Origin: Phycisphaerales bacterium
GTDB lineage: Bacteria; Planctomycetota; Phycisphaerae; Phycisphaerales; UBA1924
Length of the DNA: 64,000 nt
Direction of reading: 5' to 3'
NCBI GenBank assembly: GCA_050486265.1
Contig: JBJHCY010000005.1
Span: forward strand, 3,375-67,374
Shown: positions 9,759 through 19,517 of the stretch, one piece after another
Numbering within the stretch: the first letter of the stretch is position 1
Layout: each line of letters starts with the position of its first letter
The notes under the pieces: model-generated
The model's input: only the letters and a program-made list of their open reading frames with translations
What the model was told of the DNA's origin: nothing
The model's database searches: none
Translations under genes and position numbers: made by a program

Positions 9759-10361
9759 TCAGTCGTTGTTCTCGGTCTTCTGGTTGTCTTCGTCGGCGGC
9801 GCCCGGGACGGAGCGATCGCCGAACTTGGGCACGAAGCGTGCGCCGCGTTCGACCTTCTCTTCGGTCTCGGTGGCGCCGAGGTCCTGGCCCCTCAGCTCC
9901 TCGATCTGCTCCTTGGTCTGGAGGCGGCCGAGCCCGTCGAAGACGGCCTTGACCACATTGATCGAGTTTGTCGAGCCGTAGCACTTGGTCAGGCAGTCGC
10001 TGATGCCCGCGTGCTCGAGCATGGCGCGGACGGTGGTCCCCGCGACAACGCCCGTGCCCGGGGAGGCGGGGATCAGCCTGACCGACGAGGCGCCGAACCG
10101 GCCTGTGACCTCGTGGGGGATGGTCGAGCCGACCCTGGGCACCTTGCGGGTGTTGGCGCGGGCCTTCTTGCTGGCCTTCTCGATCGCGCCGGGCACCTCG
10201 TTCGACTTGGCGTAGCCGAAGCCGATGGTCCCGTTGTGATCGCCGACGATCACGAGGGAGCCGAAGCTGAAGCGTCGGCCGCCCTTGACGGTCGCGGCGG
10301 TGCGATAGACCCCGATCGTGTGGGAGTCCATCTGATTGCGTTCTTCCATCACCTCACGCAT
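9759..10361 (-). CDS. rpsE: 30S ribosomal protein S5
   Basis: VKGGRRFSFGSLVIVGDHNGTIGFGYAKSNEVPGAIEKA... and GTGVVAGTTVRAMLEHAGI. The exact start among M1/M5/M11 is uncertain. Confidence 0.92.
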   Translation of the reverse strand: MREVMEERNQMDSHTIGVYRTAATVKGGRRFSFGSLVIVGDHNGTIGFGYAKSNEVPGAIEKASKKARANTRKVPRVGSTIPHEVTGRFGASSVRLIPASPGTGVVAGTTVRAMLEHAGISDCLTKCYGSTNSINVVKAVFDGLGRLQTKEQIEELRGQDLGATETEEKVERGARFVPKFGDRSVPGAADEDNQKTENND

Positions 10362-10397
10362 ATCGCTCTCGCTCGGGTCGCGGCCGACCCAGTTGGT

Positions 10398-10760
10398 TCA
10401 GAATTCGAGTCCGGCCTTCCGCGCCGCGTCAGCCAGGGCGCGCACGCGCCCGTGGTACCTGAAGCCCCCGCGGTCGAAGACGACCTTGGTCACGCCGGCG
10501 GCGCGGGCCTTCTCTGCGATCTTCATGCCGACGGCCGCCGCGGCGTCGATGTTGCCTGTGCTGTCCAGGCGGGTGTCCTTGTCGCGCGTCGAGGCCGCGA
10601 CGAGGGTCCTGCCCTCCAGGTCGTCGACGACCTGGACATAGATGTGGTTCAGCGACCGGTACACGCACAGGCGCGGACGCGAGGGCGTGCCGATCACCCG
10701 CTTGCGGATCCCGACGCGGCGTCGGCCCCGGCGCTTGTCTTTGAGTTTCTGACGGTTCAT
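10398..10760 (-). CDS. rplR: 50S ribosomal protein L18
   Basis: [20 protein letters not shown]...[28 protein letters not shown]. Confidence 0.93.
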   Translation of the reverse strand: MNRQKLKDKRRGRRRVGIRKRVIGTPSRPRLCVYRSLNHIYVQVVDDLEGRTLVAASTRDKDTRLDSTGNIDAAAAVGMKIAEKARAAGVTKVVFDRGGFRYHGRVRALADAARKAGLEF

Positions 10761-10810
10761 CGCTTGCGTCCTTCAGCGTCGGCCTCACGCCGCCCGCCTC
10801 ACGCCCGGCA

Positions 10811-11362
10811 TCAGCTGCCGAACTGCTTGCCCTGCTTCTTCTTGATCACTTCGTCGCTGTACTTGATGCCCTTGCCGTTGTAGGGCTCGGGCTTGCGCTT
10901 CGAGCGGACGACAGCGGCGAACTGCCCCACCGCCTGCTTGTCTGCGCCCTCGACCTTGAGGATCTGCTTCTCGACCGAGACATTGACGCCCTGGGGGACG
11001 GCGACCTCGACCGGGTTGGCGTAGCCGAGCTTGAGGACCAGCTTCTGGCCCTGCAGCTGGGCGCCCCAGCCGACACCGACGATCTCGAGCGTCTTGGAGT
11101 AGCCGTTGGCGGCGCCCTCCATCATGTTGGCGATCAGCGCCCGGGCGGTGCCCCACATCGCGCGGTTGGCGGGGACGGCCAGGTCCTTCTCGTCGACGCC
11201 GATGCTGACGGACTTCTCGTCTTCCGACCAGCTCAGACGCACCACCTCGGGGAAGGTGTGCGACAGCTTGCCCTTGGGGCCCTCGACCTCGACGGTCTGG
11301 CCGTTGATCGAGACCTTGACCCCCTTGGGGGCGGTGACCGGTTTTTTGCCTAGTCGGGACAT
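10811..11362 (-). CDS. rplF: 50S ribosomal protein L6
   Basis: MSRLGKKPVTAPKGVKVSINGQTVEVEGPKGKLSHTF...EPYNGKGIKY. Confidence 0.93.
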   Translation of the reverse strand: MSRLGKKPVTAPKGVKVSINGQTVEVEGPKGKLSHTFPEVVRLSWSEDEKSVSIGVDEKDLAVPANRAMWGTARALIANMMEGAANGYSKTLEIVGVGWGAQLQGQKLVLKLGYANPVEVAVPQGVNVSVEKQILKVEGADKQAVGQFAAVVRSKRKPEPYNGKGIKYSDEVIKKKQGKQFGS

Positions 11363-11448
11363 GGTACTTTCCGCCTCGTTTCCTGCTTAGCGGCCCTGCG
11401 CGGCCTTTCAGCCCAAGGATCCGACGCCCTTCTGTTCAGCCCCGGCCG

Positions 11449-11847
11449 TCACGCGACGACGCAGAGCACCTCTCCGCCCACCCGCTCCTCGCGGCACTTT
11501 CGGTCGCTGAGCACGCCGCGGCTGGTGGAGACCACCGCGATGCCCAGACCCTGGAGGGGTCGTGGCAGCTCGTCGACCTTCTGGTAGACGCGTCGGCCGG
11601 GCTTGCTGACGCGGTCGATGCGGTTGAGCACGCGCTCGCCTCGGGCGCCGTACCGGAGGGTGATCCGGATGAGGCCCTGGCGTCCGTCCTCGATGACATC
11701 GAAGGCGTTGATGTAGCCTTCGTTCACCAGGACATCGGCGATGCCGCGGTTGACCTTGCTGTTGAGCACGGTCACCGTCTTCTCTCTGTTCCGGCCGGCG
11801 TTGCGGATCCGGGTCAGCATGTCCGCGATCGGGTCGCTCAGTGCCAT
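11449..11847 (-). CDS. rpsH: 30S ribosomal protein S8
   Basis: MALSDPIADMLTRIRNAGRNREKTVTV...GIAVVSTSRGVLSD. Confidence 0.93.
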   Translation of the reverse strand: MALSDPIADMLTRIRNAGRNREKTVTVLNSKVNRGIADVLVNEGYINAFDVIEDGRQGLIRITLRYGARGERVLNRIDRVSKPGRRVYQKVDELPRPLQGLGIAVVSTSRGVLSDRKCREERVGGEVLCVVA

Positions 11848-11938
11848 CGTTCGTCCATTCCTCTTGCGGGGACGCTCAGGGTCCCTTGCCCGTGTCCGTT
11901 ACGAGGGACGGGGCTTTTACCACCTACGGCGTCGGGTC

Positions 11939-12124
11939 TTACCAGCTCGACTTGCGCATGCCCGGGATCTTGCCCTCAAGGGCGAGTTTGCGGAGCATGA
12001 TCCGGCTGATGCGGAACTTGCGGTAATACCCGCGCGCCCGCCCGGTCAGCTCGCACCTGCGGACGACCCGCGAGGAGTATTTCGGCTTGCGGTTGCTCTT
12101 TGCGACCTGCGCCTTGGTGGCCAT
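11939..12124 (-). CDS. rpsN: 30S ribosomal protein S14 (short 61-aa form)
   Basis: [61 protein letters not shown]. Only one Cys, so not a CxxC zinc form. Confidence 0.9.
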   Translation of the reverse strand: MATKAQVAKSNRKPKYSSRVVRRCELTGRARGYYRKFRISRIMLRKLALEGKIPGMRKSSW

Positions 12125-12178
12125 ATCGTTCTTCTTTCCGTCCTAAATCGGGGCCCGCCCGGGCCCGGCTTTTTCGGT

Positions 12179-12808
12179 TCAGTTCTCGCCGACCTTCGCG
12201 AAGGGCATGCCCAGCTTCTCGAGCATGAACTCGCTCTTCTTGCGGTCGCTGTTCTTGAAGGTGAGGTTGATGTTCATCCCGTGGGTGAAATTGGCGTCGG
12301 CCATGTTGATCTCGGGGAAGACGCCCTGCTCGGTCAGGCCGAAAGAGTAGTTGCCCTGGCGGTCGAAGCCCTCGCGCTTCAGGCCCCGGAAGTCCTTGAT
12401 GCGGGGCGAGGCCAGGTGGATCAGCCGGTCGAGGAAATGCCACATCCGGTCGCGCCGGAGCGTGACGATCGCCGAGGTCGGATAGCCCTCGCGGACCTTG
12501 AAGTTCGAGACCGACTTCTTGGCCTTGACGATGACCGGCTTCTGCCCGGAGATCGCCGTCAGGGTCGAGAGGACGGTGCCCTGCACATTCGGAGGCAGCT
12601 TGGTGCCGTCGAGGTGGCGCCCCATGTTGACATTGAGGGTGATCTTCTCGAGCTTGGGCAGGGCCATGGGGTTGTCGATCCCGAACTCCTTGGCGACCTC
12701 CTGAGCGACTTCGGACTTGAAGCGTTCACGGAGGCGGGAAGGGCCCATCGCGGGTCCTTCGGGAGCGCCCTTCTTGCCGCCCTTCTTGGTTTTCTTCTCT
12801 TCGGCCAT
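12179..12808 (-). CDS. rplE: 50S ribosomal protein L5 with a Lys-rich N-terminal extension
   Basis: LRERFKSEVAQEVAKEFGIDNPMALPKLEKITLNVNMG...FDRQGNYSFGLTEQGVFPEI. Confidence 0.93.
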   Translation of the reverse strand: MAEEKKTKKGGKKGAPEGPAMGPSRLRERFKSEVAQEVAKEFGIDNPMALPKLEKITLNVNMGRHLDGTKLPPNVQGTVLSTLTAISGQKPVIVKAKKSVSNFKVREGYPTSAIVTLRRDRMWHFLDRLIHLASPRIKDFRGLKREGFDRQGNYSFGLTEQGVFPEINMADANFTHGMNINLTFKNSDRKKSEFMLEKLGMPFAKVGEN

Positions 12809-12840
12809 GGTCGTTCATCCTGCCGGGTGCGTCCCCGGGG

Positions 12841-13191
12841 TCAGCTCTTCTTCTTTGTCCCGGTCTTGGGGCCGCGGACCTTCGAGAGGACCTCTCCGGT
12901 CCTGGCGGCGATCCGTTCCTTGCTGCCGTCCTGGTTGACGCGGAATCGGACGCGGGTGGCGCGTCCGTCAGCGACCGGGCTGACATTGGAGATGTGGATC
13001 GGGCCTTCCTTGGTGATGACGGCGCCCTGGGGGTTCAGCCGCGTGGGCTTGACATGCTTGGTCCGGAGGTTGACGCCCTTGATCAGGACGCGGTCTCGGT
13101 CTGTGTCGACATGCATGATCTCGCCGGTGCGTCCCTTGTGGTCGCCGGCGGTGATGACCACGGTGTCGCCTTTCTTCACATGGCGGGGCAT
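12841..13191 (-). CDS. rplX: 50S ribosomal protein L24
   Basis: MPRHVKKGDTVVITAGDHKGRTGEIMHV (KOW motif). Confidence 0.92.
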   Translation of the reverse strand: MPRHVKKGDTVVITAGDHKGRTGEIMHVDTDRDRVLIKGVNLRTKHVKPTRLNPQGAVITKEGPIHISNVSPVADGRATRVRFRVNQDGSKERIAARTGEVLSKVRGPKTGTKKKS

Positions 13192-13192
13192 C

Positions 13193-13579
13193 TCACACCA
13201 CCTCCTGCGCGAGCGAGACGATCTTCATGTACGACCGGTCGCGGAGCTCGCGGGCGACCGGGCCGAAGATGCGCGTCCCGCGGGGGTTGCCGTCCTGGTT
13301 GATCAGCACCACCGCGTTGGTGTCGAACGCGACATACGAGCCGTCCTTGCGCCGGGTCTGCTTCCTGGTGCGGACCACGACCGCCTTGGACATGTCGCCC
13401 GGCTTGACTTCAGCGCCGGGCAGCGCCTTTTTCACCGAGACCAGCACGCGGTCGCCCACGCCCGCGGTGCGGCGGGTGAAGCCGCCCCGGCGCGTCGAGC
13501 CGCCGTACACACGGATGACATAGGCGATCTTCGCGCCGGAGTTATCCGCGACCTCGCATCTTGATTCCTGCTGCAGCAT
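13193..13579 (-). CDS. rplN: 50S ribosomal protein L14
   Basis: [27 protein letters not shown]...[13 protein letters not shown]. Start re-set to codon 60 of ORF 13193-13756. Confidence 0.95.
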   Translation of the reverse strand: MLQQESRCEVADNSGAKIAYVIRVYGGSTRRGGFTRRTAGVGDRVLVSVKKALPGAEVKPGDMSKAVVVRTRKQTRRKDGSYVAFDTNAVVLINQDGNPRGTRIFGPVARELRDRSYMKIVSLAQEVV

Positions 13580-13604
13580 CGCTGGGTCCTGTTCCGCTCG
13601 CGGC

Positions 13605-13895
13605 TTAGACGGCCTCGGAGCGCCTCTCGACGACTTTGACCAGACGCCACGACTTGGTCTTGCTGATCGGGCGGCACTGGGCGACCTCGACCACATCGCC
13701 GTTGCGCGACTCGTTCGCCTCGTCGTGCACCTGGAGCACGGTCCGGCGCTTGACATACTTGCCGTACTTCTCGTGCTTTGCGAGGTAGCTGATCACGACC
13801 TTGCGCGTCTTGTCGCGCGAGTCGGTCTCGACCACCCCGATCTTGGTGCCCTTGGGCTTCGGGCCGGCTGCGAGTGTGGAGCTGTCTTCTGCCAT
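13605..13895 (-). CDS. rpsQ: 30S ribosomal protein S17
   Basis: [40 protein letters not shown]...SKTKSWRLV. Confidence 0.92.
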   Translation of the reverse strand: MAEDSSTLAAGPKPKGTKIGVVETDSRDKTRKVVISYLAKHEKYGKYVKRRTVLQVHDEANESRNGDVVEVAQCRPISKTKSWRLVKVVERRSEAV

Positions 13896-13960
13896 CTGCG
13901 ACCTCTTCTGAGAGAGCCTCGCCCGACGCGGGCGGCCTCTTTCGATCCGTTACGCCTCAG

Positions 13961-14164
13961 TTACCCAGCCGCCGACGCCCGGCGCCTGGCGTTCTGCTCG
14001 GTGAGCAGACGCGCGACATCGCGCCTGAGCGAGCGGAAGCGGGAGTTGTCCGCCACCTTCTCGGAAGCCGCCGACTGGCGAAGGTCGAACAGCTTTTCCC
14101 GCAGCCTCTTGAGCTCGACCTCGATCTCCTCGCTGTCGAGCTTTCTGACTTCATCGCCGGTCAT
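13961..14164 (-). CDS. rpmC: 50S ribosomal protein L29
   Basis: 67 aa, EVRKLDSEEIEVELKRLREKLFDLRQ; positioned between rplP and rpsQ. Confidence 0.88.
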   Translation of the reverse strand: MTGDEVRKLDSEEIEVELKRLREKLFDLRQSAASEKVADNSRFRSLRRDVARLLTEQNARRRASAAG

Positions 14165-14191
14165 ATCAATCGCTCCTTGGCGCCCGGCCCG

Positions 14192-14623
14192 TCACACCGA
14201 CATCCGGCGCGAGACGAACCGGCACCGCACCGGCATCTTCATCGCCACACGGGCCATCGCCTGGCGGGCCCGCTCCTCCGGCACACCGGCGAGCTCGAAG
14301 AGCATCGTGCCGGCCTTGACCCTCGCCGCCCAGTAGTCCACATCCGCCTTGCCTTTGCCCATTCGCGTTTCCAAGGGCTTCTTGGAGACGGGCTTGTCCG
14401 GGAAGACGCGGATGAAGAGCTTGCCCTCACGCTTGAGAAAGTGCTGGCAGGCGATACGCCCGGCCTCGATGCAGTTGCTCTTGAGCCAGCACGACTCCAG
14501 AGACTGCAGGCCGTAGTCCCCGTAAGCCACATAGTTGCCGCGCGTCGCGTTGCGGTTGACGCGGCTTGTGCGGCGCATCTCCTTGCGGAACTTCACTCGC
14601 TTGGGGATTTTGTACGGAGGCAT
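14192..14623 (-). CDS. rplP: 50S ribosomal protein L16
   Basis: [12 protein letters not shown]...[34 protein letters not shown]. Confidence 0.95.
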   Translation of the reverse strand: MPPYKIPKRVKFRKEMRRTSRVNRNATRGNYVAYGDYGLQSLESCWLKSNCIEAGRIACQHFLKREGKLFIRVFPDKPVSKKPLETRMGKGKADVDYWAARVKAGTMLFELAGVPEERARQAMARVAMKMPVRCRFVSRRMSV

Positions 14624-14688
14624 CGGTCAGTCCTTGCAAACTCGGGCAAACCCGTGAATCGTCTCGATCGTCGGCCTTTCACCCCGGC

Positions 14689-15387
14689 TCAGCGCCGGCC
14701 TCTGGCCCGCATCCTGCGGCCGGGGGCCGCGGTGTCTTCTTCTTCCTGCTGGCTGTAGAAACCGCGGTAGACCCACGCCTTCACGCCGATCACGCCGTAG
14801 GTCGTCACCGACTCGGCGAACCCGTACTCCACCCTGGCCTGCAGGGTCGAGAGGGGCAACGCCCCGTGGCGGACCTCGAGACGCCGGCTCATATCCGCCC
14901 CGCCCAGACGCCCCGCGATGCCGATCTTGACGCCCTTGGCGCCCGCCTGCATCGCGGCCTCGGCCCGCATCTTCAGGGCCCGGCGGAAGCTCGAACGGCG
15001 CTTGAGCTGCTCGGCCACCGCCTCGGCGATGAGCTGCGCGTCGATGTCGGGGTTCTTGATCTCGACGATCGAGATCGCGACCTTGCGCCCGGTCATGAAC
15101 TGCAGCTCCTGCTGCATCCGATCCACCTCGGCGCCTTTGGGGCCGATGACCAGGCCGGGACGCGCCGTCCGGACGATGATCTTCAGCTCCTCACGCGTGC
15201 GCTCGATGTGGATGTCGGCGACAGCCGCGTTCGGCGGCGTGCGGTTCAGGCGTTTGTCCAAGAACCGGCGGATCTTTTCGTCTTCGATCAGAAGCTCGCC
15301 GTAGAGCGCCTTGGGCGCGTACCAGCGGCTCCTGTGCGCCTCGGTGACGCCGAGTCGGAGCCCGAACGGGTGCGTCTTCTGGCCCAT
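14689..15387 (-). CDS. rpsC: 30S ribosomal protein S3
   Basis: MGQKTHPFGLRLGVTEAHRSRWYA...GRLGGADMSR. Start re-set to codon 187 of ORF 14689-15945. One-nt stop/start overlap with rplV (TAATG). Confidence 0.95.
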   Translation of the reverse strand: MGQKTHPFGLRLGVTEAHRSRWYAPKALYGELLIEDEKIRRFLDKRLNRTPPNAAVADIHIERTREELKIIVRTARPGLVIGPKGAEVDRMQQELQFMTGRKVAISIVEIKNPDIDAQLIAEAVAEQLKRRSSFRRALKMRAEAAMQAGAKGVKIGIAGRLGGADMSRRLEVRHGALPLSTLQARVEYGFAESVTTYGVIGVKAWVYRGFYSQQEEEDTAAPGRRMRARGRR

Positions 15388-15935
15388 TAAGCCCTCTCTT
15401 CCAGCCCGATGGTGATGTGGCTGGTCTGCTTCAGAATCGGATGCGCCCGCCCGCGGTCCTTGGGGCGGAACCGCTTGATCTGCGGCCCCTCCTCGACATG
15501 GATCTCCGCGACGACGAGACGCGAGGGGTCGTTCGCCTCGAACTCCTCCGCCTCGGCGAAGGCGGCGGCGAGGCACTTCTGCATGTTGTCCGAGGCCCGC
15601 TTGGGGCTGAACCTGAGGATCTGTTCGGCCTGGTCGAACCGCTTGCCGCGGATCATGTCCGCGACGAGGCGGGCCTTGCGGGTGCTTCCGCGGTGGTAGC
15701 GGACCTCGCTGACAAAGCGGGCGATGTCCTTGACCTGCACGCCCAGCGCGGAGGCCATGCGGGCGAGGTCGGCCGCTTTGCAGCGGGGGTGGTCGCGCCC
15801 GGCCATCCAGTTGCGCACCGCCTTCTCGGCCTCCCGGCCGCCCAGGCCGGTGCGCTCGACGGCTGCGGCGAGTTCTTCGACGCCGACACCGGCGCTCTTG
15901 GCCGCCTGCTTGAGTTTTTGGCTGTTCAGTCTCAC
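15387..15935 (-). CDS. rplV: 50S ribosomal protein L22 with a ~70-aa N-terminal HTH-like extension
   Basis: The C-terminal two-thirds (VRYHRGSTRKARLVADMIRGKRFDQAEQILRFSPKRAS...RFRPKDRGRAHPILKQTSHITI) is canonical L22. The N-terminal part has no counterpart in typical 110-aa L22. Confidence 0.88.
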   Translation of the reverse strand: MRLNSQKLKQAAKSAGVGVEELAAAVERTGLGGREAEKAVRNWMAGRDHPRCKAADLARMASALGVQVKDIARFVSEVRYHRGSTRKARLVADMIRGKRFDQAEQILRFSPKRASDNMQKCLAAAFAEAEEFEANDPSRLVVAEIHVEEGPQIKRFRPKDRGRAHPILKQTSHITIGLEERA

Positions 15936-16033
15936 GCCTGTTCACCCAATCTGCCCGGCGTCCGCCGGGGCGGTTCTTTCCGAACCAAACTGCTCATCAA
16001 ACCCGGCCCTGAAAGCGGGCCTCGGTCGGCGGC

Positions 16034-16318
16034 TCAGCGCCCGGACTTGATGCCTTCCTTCTTGTTGGTGTGGCCCCTGAAAGTTCGCGTTGGCGCGAAC
16101 TCCCCGAGCTTGTGGCCCACCATGTCCTCGGTGACAAAGAGCTCCTGGAAATGGCGCCCGTTGTGGATCTGGAATGTCACGCCGACAAACTCGGGGACGA
16201 TCGTGCACGCACGGGCCCAGGTCTTGATCGGTGTGCGGACGCCGCTCTCTGCCTGACGCTGCACCTTGTAGTACAGCTTCTCGTCGACATACGGGCCCTT
16301 CTTTGCGCTGCGACTCAT
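16034..16318 (-). CDS. rpsS: 30S ribosomal protein S19
   Basis: [15 protein letters not shown]...[33 protein letters not shown]. Confidence 0.95.
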   Translation of the reverse strand: MSRSAKKGPYVDEKLYYKVQRQAESGVRTPIKTWARACTIVPEFVGVTFQIHNGRHFQELFVTEDMVGHKLGEFAPTRTFRGHTNKKEGIKSGR

Positions 16319-16339
16319 CGCTCGGTCTCCATCTGCCCC

Positions 16340-17197
16340 TTAGCGGAGCTGCCCGTACCGCTTGCTGCGCCGGCGACGCAGGATCAGGTCCTGGCTCGGC
16401 TTGTTCTTGTCACGCGTCGAGCCGCCCTTGGCGAGCGTGCCCTTGAAGTTCGAAGGCGCACGACCGCCCTTGGACCGGCCCTCGCCGCCGCCCATCGGGT
16501 GGGCGTCGTGGCTCATCGCCACGCCGCGGGTCTTGGGCCGACGCCCGAGGTGCCGGTTCAGACCCGCCTTGCCAAGGCGGCGGTTCTGGTGGTCGGTGTT
16601 GCCGACCTGGCCGATCGTCGCACGGCAGTTGACATGCACCCGGCGCGTCTCGCCCGAGGGGAGCACCAGGGTCGCGTACCCGCCCTCGCGGTTGGTCAGC
16701 CTGGCGTACGCGCCGGCGGAGCGGCACATCTGCCCGCCCTTGCCCGGCTGCAGCTCGATGCAGTGGACATTCATGCCCGTGGGGATGAACCGCAGGGGCA
16801 TCGAGTTGCCGACGCTCGGCTCGATCGCCTTGTCCGAGGAGGTCAGGATCGTGTCGCCGTCCTTGAGTCCTTCGGGGGCGAGGATATAGCGCTTGACGCC
16901 GTCGGCGTACCGGACCAGCGCGATGTGGCAGGTGCGGTTGGGGTCGTACTCGATGCCGACCACCTCGCCCCTGACGCCGTCGCGGTCGCGGCGCTTGAAG
17001 TCGACCATGCGGTACATGCGCTTGGCGCCGCCGCCGCGACCCTTGACGGTGACCTTGCCGCTGTGGTTGCGTCCGCCCTTCTTGGGGCAGGGGCGCAGCA
17101 GCGATTTCTCGGGCGACTTCTTGGTGACCTCGGTGTTGAGGTTGACCGAGGCGTTGCGCCGCCCGGGGCTTGTCGGTTTGTAAACGCGGATCGCCAT
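16340..17197 (-). CDS. rplB: 50S ribosomal protein L2
   Basis: [15 protein letters not shown]...[23 protein letters not shown]. Confidence 0.95.
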   Translation of the reverse strand: MAIRVYKPTSPGRRNASVNLNTEVTKKSPEKSLLRPCPKKGGRNHSGKVTVKGRGGGAKRMYRMVDFKRRDRDGVRGEVVGIEYDPNRTCHIALVRYADGVKRYILAPEGLKDGDTILTSSDKAIEPSVGNSMPLRFIPTGMNVHCIELQPGKGGQMCRSAGAYARLTNREGGYATLVLPSGETRRVHVNCRATIGQVGNTDHQNRRLGKAGLNRHLGRRPKTRGVAMSHDAHPMGGGEGRSKGGRAPSNFKGTLAKGGSTRDKNKPSQDLILRRRRSKRYGQLR

Positions 17198-17249
17198 GAT
17201 CGATCCCTGCTTCTCCGCGGGCGATGGCCCGCTCGTTTCGTGTCGGTCT

Positions 17250-17528
17250 TCAGAACAATTCGATCGCCTGACCCTCGGGCAGGCTGACCATCGCCTTCTT
17301 CGTCTTCTTGCCGTCGACGACGCCGTAGCGGTAGCGACGCCGGCGGGACTTGTGGACGCTGGTTCTCACGCCCAGCACCTTGACGCCGTAGAGGTCCTCG
17401 ACGGCGGCCTTGATCTCGTCCTTGCTGGCCCGCCTGTCGACCTCGAAGGTGTAGGTGTTGTGCTGCATGGCCTCGGTGCTCTTTTCTGTAAGCACGGGGC
17501 GCTTGATGATGTAGGTCCTGTCCATCAC
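17250..17528 (-). CDS. rplW: 50S ribosomal protein L23
   Basis: [45 protein letters not shown]. 4-nt overlap with the rplD stop. Confidence 0.9.
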   Translation of the reverse strand: MMDRTYIIKRPVLTEKSTEAMQHNTYTFEVDRRASKDEIKAAVEDLYGVKVLGVRTSVHKSRRRRYRYGVVDGKKTKKAMVSLPEGQAIELF

Positions 17529-18289
17529 GCCTCACCTCCGGGCGCGCCGGCGCCGCGCTTGGGGCGTGCCGCACGCTCGCGTCGCACGCCGCTGGAACCA
17601 CGCCCCATCGGGTCGACCTTGGCCTCCTTGCCGGTCTGGCTGGAGGGGCCGGCGAGCCAGGCCTCAAGGTCGGCCTTGGAGATCACCAGGTAGCGGTGGT
17701 TGAGCATCTCGAAGCAGTTGAGCTGGTCGGCCCGGCAGAGCGCGATACCGTCGAGGTTGCGGGCGCTCAGGCGGGCGTTCTGGCTCTTCTCCGGATCGGG
17801 GCTGAGCGCGACAAGGGCGTTGCGGTCGAGCTTGAGGGCCTCGATCATGCTCTTGAACGCCTTGGTGCCGGGCTTGTCGAAGTCCAGCGACTCCATGACC
17901 CGGATCTCGGGGCCGAACTGCTCCGAGCCGATGAGCTTGGAAAGCAGGGCGTTGCGGTTGGCCTTGCGGCGCATCTTCTTGGGCATGTCGAGGCGGTAGT
18001 CCTCGCGGACACGCTTCTTGGCCTTGGCGTGGCCGCCGCCCTTGAAGATCGGCGCGTACTTGGCGCCGTGGCGGGCGTTGCCCGTGCCCTTCTGGCGGTA
18101 GATCTTGCGGGTCGAGCCCTCGACCTCGCCCCGCGTCAGCGAGCGAGCGGAGCCCTGGCGCAGGTTTGCGTGGTAACGGACATAGGCCTGCTTGATGAGG
18201 TCCGCGTTGATCGTCCCGCCGAGCGACTGCTCGTCGATGGACATCTTGCTGACCTCTTGGCCCTGCATGTTGTAGACGGGGACATCCAT
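17525..18289 (-). CDS. rplD: 50S ribosomal protein L4 with C-terminal extension
   Basis: RKIYRQKGTGNARHGAKYAPIFKGGGHA... 254 aa versus ~205 typical. Confidence 0.92.
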   Translation of the reverse strand: MDVPVYNMQGQEVSKMSIDEQSLGGTINADLIKQAYVRYHANLRQGSARSLTRGEVEGSTRKIYRQKGTGNARHGAKYAPIFKGGGHAKAKKRVREDYRLDMPKKMRRKANRNALLSKLIGSEQFGPEIRVMESLDFDKPGTKAFKSMIEALKLDRNALVALSPDPEKSQNARLSARNLDGIALCRADQLNCFEMLNHRYLVISKADLEAWLAGPSSQTGKEAKVDPMGRGSSGVRRERAARPKRGAGAPGGEA

Positions 18290-18654
18290 GATGTCGTTCC
18301 TCGTCGGTCGCCTCGGGCCGCCCCGAAGGACGGGCCGAAAGGGTTTCGCCTATCCGGCCGCCTCCTCTTGTCCCCTGAGGCTCGCCTCTGGGGGACGCTG
18401 CGCTTCGACGCAGCGGGGTCGGCTCGGAATCGACTCGGCACACTCCGGCGGGTTCCGAAGAAACCCGCCACAACACGCTTGTCGTCGCCCGACGGTCTCC
18501 CTTGCGGGACCCTCCGGGCCGGCGGCCGCTTCTCTTCGCGGCCAGCCGAGTTCTTCATACAAGCTTCGAACACTTCAGCCCGTTTTCACGGGGCCCAGAC
18601 TTTACCCGGCCCCACGCCCCCCGTCCACAAACAGGCGGGATATCCCCAGAAAGA

Positions 18655-19332
18655 TCACTCCGCGGCCTTGCCCTTGGAGCGGTTCAGACGCGTCGCCGGG
18701 CGGATCTGCACCATCGACTTGTTCGCCCCGGGCACCGGGCCCTTGACCAGGAGCAGCCCCTGCCCCGCGTCGATCTTGACAACCGGCAGGCTGCGGACGG
18801 TGACCCGCTCGTTGCCCATCTGGCCGGACATCTTCTTGCCCTTCTTCAGCTTGCCGCTGAAGCCGCGGTTGGTGGCGTGCCCGCCGATCGAGCCGGGCGA
18901 GCGGTGCTTGCGCTCGACGCCGTGGGAGGCGAGCTGGCCCTTGAAGCCGTGACGCTTCATCCCGCCCTGGAACCCCTTGCCCTTGCTGGCGCCGATGACA
19001 TCGACATAGCCGACCCCGTCAAAGCGGTCGACGCCGAGCTCCTGGCCCAGCTCGAACCCCGAAAGATCCTGCTCATCGACGCGGAACTCGCGGTGGTGAC
19101 GCAGAGGCTCGGTACCCGCCTTGGCGTCGTGCCCGATCATCGGGATCGTCGAGTTCCGGGCCTTCATCTCGCCGAAGCCGATCTGGACGGCTGCGTACCC
19201 GTCCTTGTCGACGGTGCGGAGCTGCGTGACAACACACGGCCCGACCCGGATCACGGTCACGGGAATGCTGACATTGTTCTCGTCGTACACCCGGGTCATC
19301 CCGAGCTTGGTGCCCATCAGTCCGATCGACAT
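18655..19332 (-). CDS. rplC: 50S ribosomal protein L3
   Basis: MSIGLMGTKLGMTRVYDENNVSIPVTVI...GKGFQGGMKRHGFKG. Start re-set to codon 25 of ORF 18655-19404. Confidence 0.93.
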   Translation of the reverse strand: MSIGLMGTKLGMTRVYDENNVSIPVTVIRVGPCVVTQLRTVDKDGYAAVQIGFGEMKARNSTIPMIGHDAKAGTEPLRHHREFRVDEQDLSGFELGQELGVDRFDGVGYVDVIGASKGKGFQGGMKRHGFKGQLASHGVERKHRSPGSIGGHATNRGFSGKLKKGKKMSGQMGNERVTVRSLPVVKIDAGQGLLLVKGPVPGANKSMVQIRPATRLNRSKGKAAE

Positions 19333-19517
19333 GGCCTGCAACCTCTGTCTTCGCCCGGGCGATCTAAGCCTCGGGGCCCGAATCCGGTCGGGCGGCCGCC
19401 TCATGCCCGGACCCCGGGAAAGCCCGGGGCCGATCCAGAGGAGGGTTTGGTGATGCCGGCTCGGCCGGCACGAAAAAACCGGGCCCTTTCAGAGGACCCG
19501 GCTGTCTTCAATCGGTG

